Below are positions 11,228 to 20,959 of a stretch of DNA of 64,000 nt, piece after piece. The translations under genes were made by a program, and so were the position numbers. Origin of the DNA: an uncultured Nitrospinota bacterium. Its GTDB lineage: Bacteria > Tectomicrobia > Entotheonellia > J063 > CAVPRW01. The notes beneath the pieces are model-generated. The model did not search any database. It had not been told where the DNA came from and saw only the letters and a program-made list of their open reading frames with translations. The stretch covers positions 32,001 through 96,000 of the forward strand of contig CAVPRW010000048.1 of assembly GCA_963707985.1 (NCBI GenBank), written 5' to 3'. Position 1 is the stretch's first letter; each line of letters opens with the position of its first letter.

Positions 11228-11959
11228 CTAGACACCCAGGTAATATTGTTTCACCAGGGTATTCTCGCTCAGTTCCTGCGCCGTGCGGCCTTCGAACTCA
11301 ATCCTGCCGTGCACGATGATGTAGCCTCGGTCAGCGATCTTGATCGCTTGATGGAAGTTCTGCTCGGCCATCAGCACGGTCAGCCGGTATTGCTCCTTCA
11401 GCTCCTTGATCTTGGCAATCAGTCGGCTGACCAGAATGGGGGCCAGGCCCACTGAAGGTTCGTCCACCAGGAGAATCCTGGGGGCGGACATGAGGGCACG
11501 GGCAACGGCCAGCATCTGCTGCTCCCCACCACTCATGCTGCCTGCCAACTGGCGCCGCCGCTGTTGCAGGATCGGGAACGCCTCAAAGCAGAAGTGCAGG
11601 TTGTCCGCAATGGTCTTCCGGGCCTCCGCCCGGTAGGCGCCGAGCAGTAAGTTTTCTTCCACGGTGAGCTTGGGAAACAGGTGGCGCCCCTCGGGCACGA
11701 GTGCAATGCCCAGGTTCACAATGGCCTCGGTAGCCTTGCCCCGCAGGTCGAGGCGTTGGCCGTCGATTTCCAGGAAGACCTCCCCAGCATCGACCTGCAC
11801 CAGGCCCATGAGACATTTCATCACCGTGCTTTTGCCGTTGCCGTTCGTGCCCAGCAACACGACCGTCTCCCCCTCGCGTACTTCAAGGCACACACGGTGC
11901 AACACTCGCACTGCTCCGTAACCGGCATCGACGTCTTTGAGCACGATCCTATGCGCCAA
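11228..11959 (-). CDS. livF: Branched-chain amino acid-type ABC ATPase (LivF-like)
   Basis: GTNGNGKST, MSGGEQQMLAVARAL, LLVDEPSVGLAP. Confidence 0.9.
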   Translation of the reverse strand: MAHRIVLKDVDAGYGAVRVLHRVCLEVREGETVVLLGTNGNGKSTVMKCLMGLVQVDAGEVFLEIDGQRLDLRGKATEAIVNLGIALVPEGRHLFPKLTVEENLLLGAYRAEARKTIADNLHFCFEAFPILQQRRRQLAGSMSGGEQQMLAVARALMSAPRILLVDEPSVGLAPILVSRLIAKIKELKEQYRLTVLMAEQNFHQAIKIADRGYIIVHGRIEFEGRTAQELSENTLVKQYYLGV

Positions 11960-12673
11960 GGTAGGCTTTCTCCACCGCGGGGTTGCGCACGATCTCGTCT
12001 GGTGTGCCCTCGGCAATGGTCTGGCCGACATCGAGGACAACGATACGCTGTGAAAAACGCATCACGGCCCGCATAATGTGTTCGATCATGATAATGCTGA
12101 TGCCCTGCTCGTTGAGCACGGTGAGAATGGCCAGGATCTCGTCCACCTCAGCAGCTGGAAAGCCCGGCCATGGCTTCATCTGAGATCAACAGTTGTGGTC
12201 TGGCGGCCATGGCCCGCGCCAGTTCGAGCTTGCGCAACTCGATCAAGCTGAGGCGGGTCGCTCTGATGTTGGCTTTCGCCTCTAGCCCAATGCGTTGGAG
12301 GATCTCCATCGCCGCGGCGGCCACGTCAGCCCCGTGGGCCTGAGCGGAGCGGCGTAGACCAACGGAATGCACAGATTTTCGAGCACCGTCATACTGTTGA
12401 AGGGCTTGGGAATCTGAAAGCTCCGGGCAATGCCCAGGCGGGTGCGCTGGTGCGCCGGCAGGGTGGTAATATCTCGTATCTTGAAAAAAAATTTTGCCGC
12501 CATCGCTGCGCAGCGCCCCGGAGATACAGTTGATGAGGGTGGTTTTGCCCGAGCCGTTCGGTCCAATCAGGCCAAGACACTCGCCCTGGCGCACCTGCAG
12601 ACTCACGTCAGTAAGGGCTTAAGCCGCCAAAGTGCTTGGTCACGTGCTGAACCTTGAGCAGCATGTCAGCCAT
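11949..12673 (-). CDS. livG: ABC ATPase (LivG-like), frameshifted
   Basis: KHFGGL, GPNGSGKTT, IARSFQIPKPF, ISDEAMAGL, IMIEHIMRAV spread over several frames. Confidence 0.85.
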
Positions 12674-13617
12674 CAGGCACGCTCCCGTTGCACGAGCCGC
12701 CGCACGAGCCCGACAATGCCTTCTGGTGCCAGGATGACAAAGGCCACCAGGACAACCCCGACAATCAGCAGGTTCAATGCCGAAGAGATGGTCACAGTCG
12801 CCGTCTGCTGCGCCGTGCCCAGTAAGACAGCCCCCACGAGTGGACCCAGCCACGTCGTGGTGCCGCCGATCATCGGCATGGCCAGACTGTTCACCGCGTA
12901 GTCCAGATTAAAGGCAGACGTTGGCTCGATGAGCGTGAGATGCAAAGGAAACGGGGCACCGGCCATGCCCATCAAGGCCCCACTCACTGTTGTGGCCAGG
13001 ATTTTGAGCTTCAGCGTTGGCACCCCCATGCATTCAGCCGCTTCCTCGTTGTCCCGGATTGCAGCCAAGCCCCTGCCAATCCAGGAGTGCTCGATCCACC
13101 AGGCGATGGTCACCGAACCAACGGCAAGACAGAGCATAACCGCGAACAAGAATTTGACATAACTGCTGAAGAACAACGCCGTTGCCGGTCGGATGATGCT
13201 GATGCCTTTGGCCCCGCCGACGAACTCCCAGTTGATCATGACGGTTTGCAAGACGACCGTCAGTGCCAGGGTCGCAATGGAGAAAAATACCCCCTTCAGG
13301 CGCAGAGTGAGATAGCCGATCCCCAATCCGAGGAGGCCTGAGATCAGGCCGCCAGCTAGCAGCAGCACGGGGAAGGGTGCTTTGTAGGCGAGCATGAGAA
13401 AGGTAGCCGTATAGGCTCCCAGGGCAAAGAAGGCTGGCGTGCCGAAATTCACATAGCCCGTGTAGCCGCCCAGGATGTTCCACGCCGTGGCCAGCACGAT
13501 GTACTGCAGGATAACGTAGGTAACAAAATAGAAATACCGGTTCTCCACAACGCCCGTGAGCAGCATTCCCACGCCCAGAATGCTGAGCGCCACTAGCACC
13601 GGCCAAACCGCTTGCAC
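12673..13617 (-). CDS. livM: ABC permease (LivM-like)
   Basis: WNILGGYTGYVNFG, LRLKGVFFSIATLA, AIRDNEEAAECMG. Confidence 0.9.
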   Translation of the reverse strand: MQAVWPVLVALSILGVGMLLTGVVENRYFYFVTYVILQYIVLATAWNILGGYTGYVNFGTPAFFALGAYTATFLMLAYKAPFPVLLLAGGLISGLLGLGIGYLTLRLKGVFFSIATLALTVVLQTVMINWEFVGGAKGISIIRPATALFFSSYVKFLFAVMLCLAVGSVTIAWWIEHSWIGRGLAAIRDNEEAAECMGVPTLKLKILATTVSGALMGMAGAPFPLHLTLIEPTSAFNLDYAVNSLAMPMIGGTTTWLGPLVGAVLLGTAQQTATVTISSALNLLIVGVVLVAFVILAPEGIVGLVRRLVQRERA

Positions 13618-13620
13618 GCC

Positions 13621-14494
13621 TTACCTCCCGAACAGGCCAGAGGGCCGCACGGCCAGCACGACTAAGAGCAGCCCAAACGACACCGCCAGCGCCCAGGAAG
13701 GACCAGAAAAGGTGGCCGTCAAGCTCTCCGCCACGCCGAGGATGAGCGCCGCCACGAGCGTGCCGCCAATGCTCCCCATGCCGCCCAACACGGTGATGGC
13801 GAAGACCCGGCCAATGTATTCCCGCCCGCTGGAGGGCTCGACGGGGGCAATCACAATAAGCAGGGCCCCGGCGAGGCTGGCCGTGGCGATCCCCAGTCCA
13901 AAGGCAATCGTTTTAATTTTTACCGGATCGGCTCCCATCAGGCGCAGTGCCATGCTGTCCTGAGAGACCCCCATGATGGCCTTGCCGTAGAAGGTTTTGG
14001 CGAGAAACAGGTACACCGCCAGAGTCAGAGCTAGGCCTACGCCGAACGGCACGAACAGGCGCAATGAGATGCCGATGGGACCGAGGAGCACAGAGGTGCC
14101 AATGTATGGGGCCTCGATCATGCGGTAATCGACACCATAGACCAGGAGCAGCGAGACCTCAACGATGAACAGCAGCCCGAAGAAAAACACCAGGCCGCGT
14201 AGGGACTGTTCACCCCGCTGCTCGAAACTAACATAATAGATGCGGTAGATCACCACCCCGAGGCCATAGAAGAGCGGAGTGACAGAGGAACCCCACCAGG
14301 ATGGGATCAAGGGCGAAAGCGGTGTTCAGCGCATAGACGGCATAGGCGCCAGCAATGATGAACACTGGATGGGCGATATTCGCCACATCCAGGAAACCGA
14401 AGCTTATGGAGATTCCAAGGCTGACGGCAGCATAGAAACCGCCCAGCAGAATCCCCGCGACAACCGCGTTCAACAGCAGCTCGAAGGAGAACAC
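13621..14494 (-). CDS. livH: ABC permease (LivH-like), frameshift near 14290
   Basis: GFLDVANIAH, VLGGMGSIGG, RPSGLFG. Confidence 0.88.
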
Positions 14495-14508
14495 GAGGGC
14501 TCCTGTGG

Positions 14509-15785
14509 TTACTTCAGTGCCTCAGCATAGGGATAGATCAAAGTCCCCGACTTCCACTCCTCAGGCAACACCACCACCCGCTTGCCAGGACCGGCGAACT
14601 GGCCAATGTCGCTGCCGTTGATATGCTGGTACTGCACCAGGAGCATCCTGGCCTTCTCCCACTCGCCGTTGGCCCCGAATTTCACCTTGCCAACGATCGT
14701 GTCGAACGCATTGGCGCGGATGTACTCGCCCACGGTCTTCTGATCCGTGCTCTTGGTGCCCTCGATCGCCTGGCCCATCACCTGCATCATGGCGTACGCC
14801 CACGGCGGCAGGTAGTGCCCCAGTGGATCGACGCCAGCTTCTGCGCCTGCGCCTGGTACTTCTTCAGGAACTCATTGATGCCGGGGAAATTCAGGGTCGG
14901 CTCGGGCACCCAAAAGTCGTAGTTCACAATACCGTTGAGTTTGGCGCCGAGCTTGGTCTGGAAGGCGGCAAACTGCAAGCCGACCATGCCGCCTCCGAAC
15001 AGTTTGGGCCGCAGGCCGACCTCGTGCGCTGCCAGCACCATACCCACCGAATCTGGCGGATACGACGCCACGAACACAATATCAGGGTTGACGGCCTTGA
15101 TGGCCCGGACAATGGGCGTGAAATCCACGGTGGTCGGGGGATAGGTGCTGTCGTAGACGACCTCGAAGCCGAGTTGCTTGAGGTTCTCCCGCGCACCAGC
15201 CAGGGCGTTATGCGGGTACTCGGCATCGGCGCCTACGAGGGCCACGGTGCGCAGTTTGGGATTTTGCTGGGCGGCAAGCTCGAGGAAAGCTCGGGAAAAC
15301 TCCTGGGCTGGGGACGGCCCGGCCGGCATAATCTGAAAATAGTAGGGGTAGTTAAACTTCTCGTTATTGGCGAGCCCAAAGAGGCCCATGAACACCCGCT
15401 GGCGTTCGATGACAATGGGCATTGCCGGGGCGATGAGATTGGTACCGTAGCCGGAGACGACAAAGTCGACGTTATCCACGTCGAGGAGCTTGCTATAGAT
15501 GCCTGGCACGGCTGCCGGCTTGGTCTGGTCGTCATAGTAGACCAGTTCCAGCTGCCGTCCGAGGAGGCCACCGTTCTGGTTGACCTCGTCCCGCCAGATC
15601 TCCATGGCGAGGAGCGCGGCTTTGCCATTGGCGGCGAGGCCACCGGTGAGTGCCATACCCAAGCCAATGCGGATGGGAGGGGCTGCCTGACTCACAGATG
15701 CCAGGGCGATACCCAGCATGATCGCCCCGAGTAGCACTCCTCTTCTAGCCCATGCTCCTATCCTGTCCCTGCACTTGCGTATCAT
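14509..15785 (-). CDS. ABC substrate-binding protein (LivJ/K family), frameshift near 14830
   Basis: Signal peptide, PIRIGLGMALTG, NGGLLGRQLELVYYDD, C-terminal FDTIVGKVKFG. Confidence 0.88.
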
Positions 15786-15946
15786 TGCTCTCCTCCCTCT
15801 ACCTGACCCCCGTTGCTCACAGTTACCCGACCATAACCTGAGAGCCTCTCCAAGTCAACGCCGCTTGTCTTGGACACCAGGGTTTGATACGATGACCAAC
15901 CAATCTCGTATCGTGACCTTTTGATCATCACTAGCATGCGACGCTG

Positions 15947-16056
15947 AGTTCTGTCGCAAATTACGATTTTAGGGGCAAAATCCGAAAATCGAGTATCCGC
16001 AATTCAACGACTTACAGACCTCAAAACTCGCGAAAAAGCAAATTTGCGACAGAACC
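15947..16056 (+). mobile_element. 110-bp IS6-type MITE, copy 2
   Basis: AGTTCTGTCGCAAAT...ATTTGCGACAGAACC; truncates the intron 5' end. Confidence 0.92.
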
Positions 16057-17895
16057 CGAGCGGGCACGTGACCGTGAAGTCCTCCATGCGCGATGGGGTG
16101 TGCTTGATCAATCCGGCGTCTACGCATCGAAAGTTCTGTGTCTGACTCCGGGAGGTCTGCATGGTGTCCACGTCGAGGGTATGGATGAAATAGCGTGGCA
16201 CCGCCGGGACACCAGGCGGCAACAGAGAACACACACCTCATCCTACAGCCACGACACGGACTGAGAGGGGAGAGATCGCCTCTGAGCGCCATGCAGAAGT
16301 CCGCAGAGGGCAGAGTAGGCACGCCGCAGGCGACGCTCGTGAGGCACCCCAAGGCCGAAAGGCGGGGCAACAGATAGGCGGAGCCGTCACGCGGACGGGC
16401 CGAAGGCCCGAACGGTGCCCCGCAAGGGGCGTGCAGGAGAGGAGGAGTCGTGTCGTGTCGAGCGCAGGCAAGGCATCCGTGAGGCCGCTCGAGCGGCCCC
16501 TGGACGATCCAGGGGATGAAGCCGGCACTGGGACACGGAGAGCGGACGCTCCGGTGGACGAGACCGACCTTCTGGAGCGGGTGCTGGAACCCCAAAACCT
16601 CCGGCGCGCGCTTCACCAGGTCAGACGCCATCAGGGCGCTCCAGGGCTCGACGGGATGACCGTGGACGCCTGGAAGCGCAGGTGAAGACACACGGGCCGA
16701 GCATCCGTGCCGCGTGGGTGGAGGGCACCTACGCCCCCCAGCCCGTGCGGCGGACGGAGATCCCGAAGGCGGGGGGCGGGATTCGCACGCTGGGGATCCC
16801 GACCGTGCTCGACCGGTTCATCGAGCACGCGCTGCTGCAGGTGCTGCCAGGAGGCATGGGACCCCACCTTCTCGGAGAGGAGCTACGGCGTTCGCCCGCA
16901 GCGTAGTGCCCAGCAGGCGGTGGAGCAGGCGCAGGCGTACAGGCGGGAAGGCGACACATGGGGGGTGGAGATCGACCTGGAGAAGTTCTTTGACTGGGTC
17001 AACCACGACGTGTGGCTGAGCCGAGTACGCCGACGGGTCAAGGACCGACGGGTGCTCACGCTGATCCACCGGTTTCTGAAAGCCGGAGTGCTGACCCTGG
17101 AAGGGAGCGTGGCGCCCACGGCGGAAGGGACGCCCAAGGGGGGCCGCGCTCGCCGCGCCTGGCGAACCTGCGGCTCGACGAGTTCGACAAGGAACTGGAG
17201 CAGCGAGGGCACCGGTTCGCCCGCGATGCCGACGAGGCGACCATCGACGTGCGGAGTCGACAGGCAGGGGAACGGGTGATGGCGCGTGTGACGCGCTTCC
17301 GGGAGCATCAGCTCCGGCTCACGGTCAACGCGGCCAAGAGCGCGGTCGACCGGCCGTGGAACCGTACGTTCCTGGGCTTCACGTGCACGAGGCGCCGGGC
17401 CAACCGGCGGCGGGTGAGCGACAAGGCGCTGAAGGCCTTCAACGCGAAGGTGCGAGCGCTGACGAGCCGCACCAGGGGCCGGACCATGCGGCAGATCGTG
17501 ACGGAACTACGCCAGCTGAGGCTGGGGTGGCGGGCGTGCTTCGGCTTCGCCGAGGGGCGCTCGCCGCGGCGCGACCTGGACCCGTGGATCCGGCGGCGGC
17601 GGCGGCGCGACCACTGGAAACCATGGGGCCGGAAGCGGTACTCGGGAGCTGCGGACGCGCGGCGTGGGCCGGCAGTTGGCCTGGAACACGGTCAAGTCGG
17701 CCCATGGCCCGTGGCGTCTGCGTCAGAGCCCCGCGCTGGCGATGGCGCTGCCGCAGCGCTCCTGCGCGGCGCTGGGGCTGCCCAGCCTGGGTGAGGACTG
17801 ACCATCCACCTGAATCCGCCGAACCGCCGGATACGTGACCCGTATGTCCGGTGGTGTGGGAGGGGAGAGGTCGCGAGGCCTCCCCCTATCCCGAT
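16057..17895 (+). mobile_element. Group II intron (class C-like), 5' truncated and degenerate
   Basis: Domain V/VI GAACCGCCGGATACGTGACCCGTATGTCCGGTGGTGTGGGAGG...CCCCTATCCCGAT at 17821-17895; RT ORF upstream. Confidence 0.92.
16450..17801 (+). pseudogene. ltrA: Group II intron reverse transcriptase/maturase pseudogene
   Basis: IPKAGGGIRTLGIPTVLDR, DLEKFFD.VNHD, QGG..SP.LAN; YADD mutated to DADE; several frameshifts; no endonuclease domain. Confidence 0.9.
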
Positions 17896-17946
17896 TCGGC
17901 GGCCGAGTTTTACACGGTGACTGATGGATGAAAGCAGCGCAGATTC

Positions 17947-18246
17947 TTGCCCTACCGCATTGAGTACTCTCCTGCTACTGAAGAACATGTGCGAGCCCTC
18001 ACCGCGCGACAGCAAAGGACCGTTTTGGACACGGTGGATAGACAACTCGCGCACCAGCCTACTGTCGAGACGAGAAATCGGAAACCGATGCGTCCGAACC
18101 CGGTGGCTCCCTGGGAATTACGGATCGGGCACCTGCGAGTATACTATGATGTGGAAGAAGAACCTGAACCTGTCGTGTTCATTCGTGCGGTCGGGATTAA
18201 ACAACGCGATCGAGTTCGCATTGGTAGAGAGGTGATTGACCTATGA
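17947..18246 (+). CDS. RelE/ParE-family toxin (cassette-borne)
   Basis: YRIEYSP..., WELRIGHLRVYYDV..VFIRAVGIK. Confidence 0.85.
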   Translation: MPYRIEYSPATEEHVRALTARQQRTVLDTVDRQLAHQPTVETRNRKPMRPNPVAPWELRIGHLRVYYDVEEEPEPVVFIRAVGIKQRDRVRIGREVIDL

Positions 18247-18497
18247 AAATCCTTGAAGTGGCCCAGGCGACCGCCCCGCTGGCTAACTATGCGAGGGACG
18301 TGAAGAACGAACCGCTCATCCTCACCCTGAATGGGACACCCATAGCGGCATTGATCCCGCTTGAAAATGCGGATGTAGAGACAGTCACGCTCAGCACACA
18401 TCCCCAATTCCTTGGGCTGATCGAACGCTCGCGGACACGGCAGAAGACGGAAGGTGGTGTCGCCAGTGAGGAGATGCGTCGCCGGTTGGGACAATAG
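18243..18497 (+). CDS. Phd/YefM-like antitoxin
   Basis: EPLILTLNGTPIAALIP; 4-bp ATGA overlap with the toxin gene. Confidence 0.8.
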   Translation: MKILEVAQATAPLANYARDVKNEPLILTLNGTPIAALIPLENADVETVTLSTHPQFLGLIERSRTRQKTEGGVASEEMRRRLGQ

Positions 18498-18513
18498 CCA
18501 ACAGGACAGAGCC

Positions 18514-18623
18514 GCCGAACCAGACACTGCAGCGGACGGGGGGCCAGCGGCGCGTTGCGGCTTAGCGGCCAAGGTAGAGGTGGATGGTGATGCGGCCCCC
18601 GCCGCTGAGTTTGCGCGTTCGGC
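18514..18623 (+). repeat. Integron attC site
   Basis: R'' GCCGAAC, L'' ACTGCAGCGGAC with extra bases relative to L' GCCGCTGAGT, R' GTTCGGC; 16 bp after the antitoxin stop. Confidence 0.85.
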
Positions 18624-18697
18624 TGCGAAACCCAGCGAAGAGGAAACCATTCTCAGTGTGAGACAACCTGCTGCCGTCTGTTTCACGGAGAGCTAGC

Positions 18698-18973
18698 ATG
18701 CAACCAGATGGGGAGACCCGGCACAGTGACCACATCCCGCGGGAGGAATGCCGCCGTCTGCTCGCCGCGACCGGCTTCCACGAACGCGTGTGGCACGACG
18801 TAACGGCCCAAGCCGTCGCGCAGGCGCAGACCTGCCCTGCCGGAGCAGCGGCCGCCGTCCGGGCCATCATCGCGCCGACGCACCTGGAAGAGCGCGTCGC
18901 GAATCGGCTCCGGAATTATGCCGAGGGTCATGTGGTGCAGTGGTGTATCCGCGAACCTTCTATACGGATTTGA
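18698..18973 (+). CDS. Hypothetical cassette ORF
   Basis: 91-aa ORF with GGAG RBS just after attC. Confidence 0.45.
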   Translation: MQPDGETRHSDHIPREECRRLLAATGFHERVWHDVTAQAVAQAQTCPAGAAAAVRAIIAPTHLEERVANRLRNYAEGHVVQWCIREPSIRI

Positions 18974-19253
18974 ACGGTTTAATCTACAAAATGTTCAAAG
19001 CGGCTCATGCGAGCGGCCCGCAAAAGTAACTTTTTCGAAAGAACGTCGATGAGCCTCCCTCCGGTGAGCACGCGCGCGCCACGACATCCAAGCTCATCAT
19101 CACATAATGAAGCTGACCTTGCCCTGACTTTTTCGGTTTTCTCTATCCGACCAGACGGCATACAATACGACTGCTCGCCGTGCTGAGGTATCTGGTACCA
19201 CACGGCTATTGCGGCAGTCCCATCACACTCGACGGCACAGAGGGACTCAATCA

Positions 19254-19363
19254 GGTTCTGTCGCAAATTTGCTTTTTCGCGAGTTTTGAGGTCTGTAAGT
19301 CGTTGAATTGCGGATACTCGATTTTCGGATTTTGCCCCTAAAATCGTAATTTGCGACAGAACT
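19254..19363 (-). mobile_element. 110-bp IS6-type MITE, copy 3 (inverted, identical to copy 2)
   Basis: GGTTCTGTCGCAAATTTGC...AATTTGCGACAGAACT. Confidence 0.92.
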
Positions 19364-19568
19364 CATGCAAGTCCCAACCCAGGTCACGCTCGATCCGCTG
19401 TGGATCGAAATAGGGGTCGACGGCGACAGAGAGGCCGTTTGTTTCTTTCAGCAAGGCCTGCGTCGAAGGAGACGGCACTGCAATCAGCGAGGGATTTGGC
19501 GTTGTGCAACTTGTAAGAAAGGTCAGGCACGCCACAGCACAGGAGACACGTGACAGTCGCTGGCGCAT
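19364..19568 (-). pseudogene. Lipoprotein 5' fragment truncated by MITE
   Basis: MRQRLSRVSCAVACLTFLTSC lipobox; ORF runs into the MITE. Confidence 0.55.
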
Positions 19569-19789
19569 GAGCAGTTCACCCCACATTTTTCGCGTCCTTT
19601 TACTAACAGGGCGCGCGCAGCGCCGCTAACGAGTAAAAGTTTTTGTGGCGTGGAGTCGGCACAAAAACTTTATCGAACTGAACCGCCGCGCTGTCCCACC
19701 GCGTCAAAACCTTGTTTATGTCAGTGGAGACTGACACCGACTTAACCACAAGTGGCCCATTTTCCCCCGAATCGTTGCCATACCTCGCA

Positions 19790-20527
19790 TTAGCCCTCCG
19801 TGGTCGGGAGCCTGAAGTACTCCACTGGGCTCTGGTTAGAACCCTGTGAACGCACGTGTAGATGCAAGGCGAGAGCTGTCGGCCGAACATCCGCCCGCGG
19901 TTCCTTCGCAAAACCGCTCTGGAAACCAATCGCAATCAGCCCAAGGGCTCTCAAATGGTCAAGCTCACGATCGATTCGCTGACTATCGTGACAGCCCGTA
20001 ATATCGCCCAATTGGTTTCCATCACAATACAACTCCTCGGCCGCGCTTAGCCCATCCGAACGAAGTATTTTTGTTGCTTTTTCACAGGAAAATCTTACTA
20101 TCGCTGCTTCCATCGCTGTGAGCTGGCCCAACAGGTTGATGAAGACCCAGTTGCTATCATCCTTTCCATCCTCGGTGCAGGACGAGGCCAAAAGTCCCGC
20201 CCACATCTGCTGCACTTCATCGCTGTCGGCCCAAGATGCATGATTGAGGCTTTCCATGATTAACCGTGGGGGCGCGTGCCTGTTTTCTGCTGCGGCCTCT
20301 TCGAGCATTGGTTGTGCCTTCCTGAGGGTGGCTATTGTATTCTGTCTTCGCCACTCACTCACTTTCTCGCGAAGGAGGAGGCCAAGCTCCTCGGCGGCGG
20401 GCAAACAGATCCGTCCTAGTAGGGCCTCGGCCCCACTTACGACAGCATCGGTGACCCGTTCTACGGCCCGACCAATGGGAGCCACACCGAGGAGATCGTG
20501 CGCGCCAGCCCGACTCTTCTCAGTCAT
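19790..20527 (-). CDS. Abi-alpha/DUF4393-like protein (cassette-borne)
   Basis: PAAEELGLLL.EKV..WR..N, ASWADSDEVQQMWAGLLASS, FINLLGQLT; RBS AAGGAG directly after attC R'. Confidence 0.7.
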   Translation of the reverse strand: MTEKSRAGAHDLLGVAPIGRAVERVTDAVVSGAEALLGRICLPAAEELGLLLREKVSEWRRQNTIATLRKAQPMLEEAAAENRHAPPRLIMESLNHASWADSDEVQQMWAGLLASSCTEDGKDDSNWVFINLLGQLTAMEAAIVRFSCEKATKILRSDGLSAAEELYCDGNQLGDITGCHDSQRIDRELDHLRALGLIAIGFQSGFAKEPRADVRPTALALHLHVRSQGSNQSPVEYFRLPTTEG

Positions 20528-20548
20528 AGGAAGCTGTCTCCTTCGCCA

Positions 20549-20643
20549 GCCGAACGCGGCGCTCGCCTGCACAGGCCGCTTGTGAGACAGTATGCCACGG
20601 AACGCGAAATGCGGCCTGTGTCAGGTGCAGCAAATTGTTCGGC
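20549..20643 (-). repeat. Integron attC site
   Basis: Minus strand: GCCGAAC AATTT GCTGCACCTGACACAGGCCGC...GCGGCCTGTGCAGGCGAGC GCCGC GTTCGGC; 4 bp after the upstream stop codon. Confidence 0.88.
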
Positions 20644-20647
20644 CCAG

Positions 20648-20950
20648 CTATGCAAGGAACCAAGGCCAGACAATCAGAAAGAGTCCCAACAACACCAGCA
20701 GGAAACCAACACGGGCGGCCTGATTCGGCATAAGTCTTCCGATCGCGTCCATCAATCCCGCTATCGCTTTGAGTAGCCCCGAAATGTCTTTCGGACTCAG
20801 GCCGGCGGCGGTCTTTTTTTGAATCGAAGCCCAAATCATTAGCCCAATGCCCAGCAACAGGCTAATACAGCCGATAACGAACAGCACCGTCTGCTGAAGA
20901 GTGTCCCTATACCAACTCCCTGGCGCACAAGTCTGACTTTTCCGCTTCAT
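20648..20950 (-). CDS. Small two-TM membrane protein (gene cassette)
   Basis: Two hydrophobic helices; stop codon abuts attC. Confidence 0.6.
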   Translation of the reverse strand: MKRKSQTCAPGSWYRDTLQQTVLFVIGCISLLLGIGLMIWASIQKKTAAGLSPKDISGLLKAIAGLMDAIGRLMPNQAARVGFLLVLLGLFLIVWPWFLA

Positions 20951-20959
20951 GATCGCTGC

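Noticed and set aside
16450..17801. RT as a retron, DGR or defence RT (possibly the source of the A-mutations)
   Set aside because: It has group II intron domains V/VI and a maturase domain, its catalytic motif is destroyed, and no TR/VR pair is visible.
19600..19720. Third attC downstream of the Abi-alpha-like gene
   Set aside because: An inverted repeat (AAAGTTTTTGTG / CACAAAAACTTT) and TAAC/GTT boxes exist, but the L-box pairing is too poor to call.
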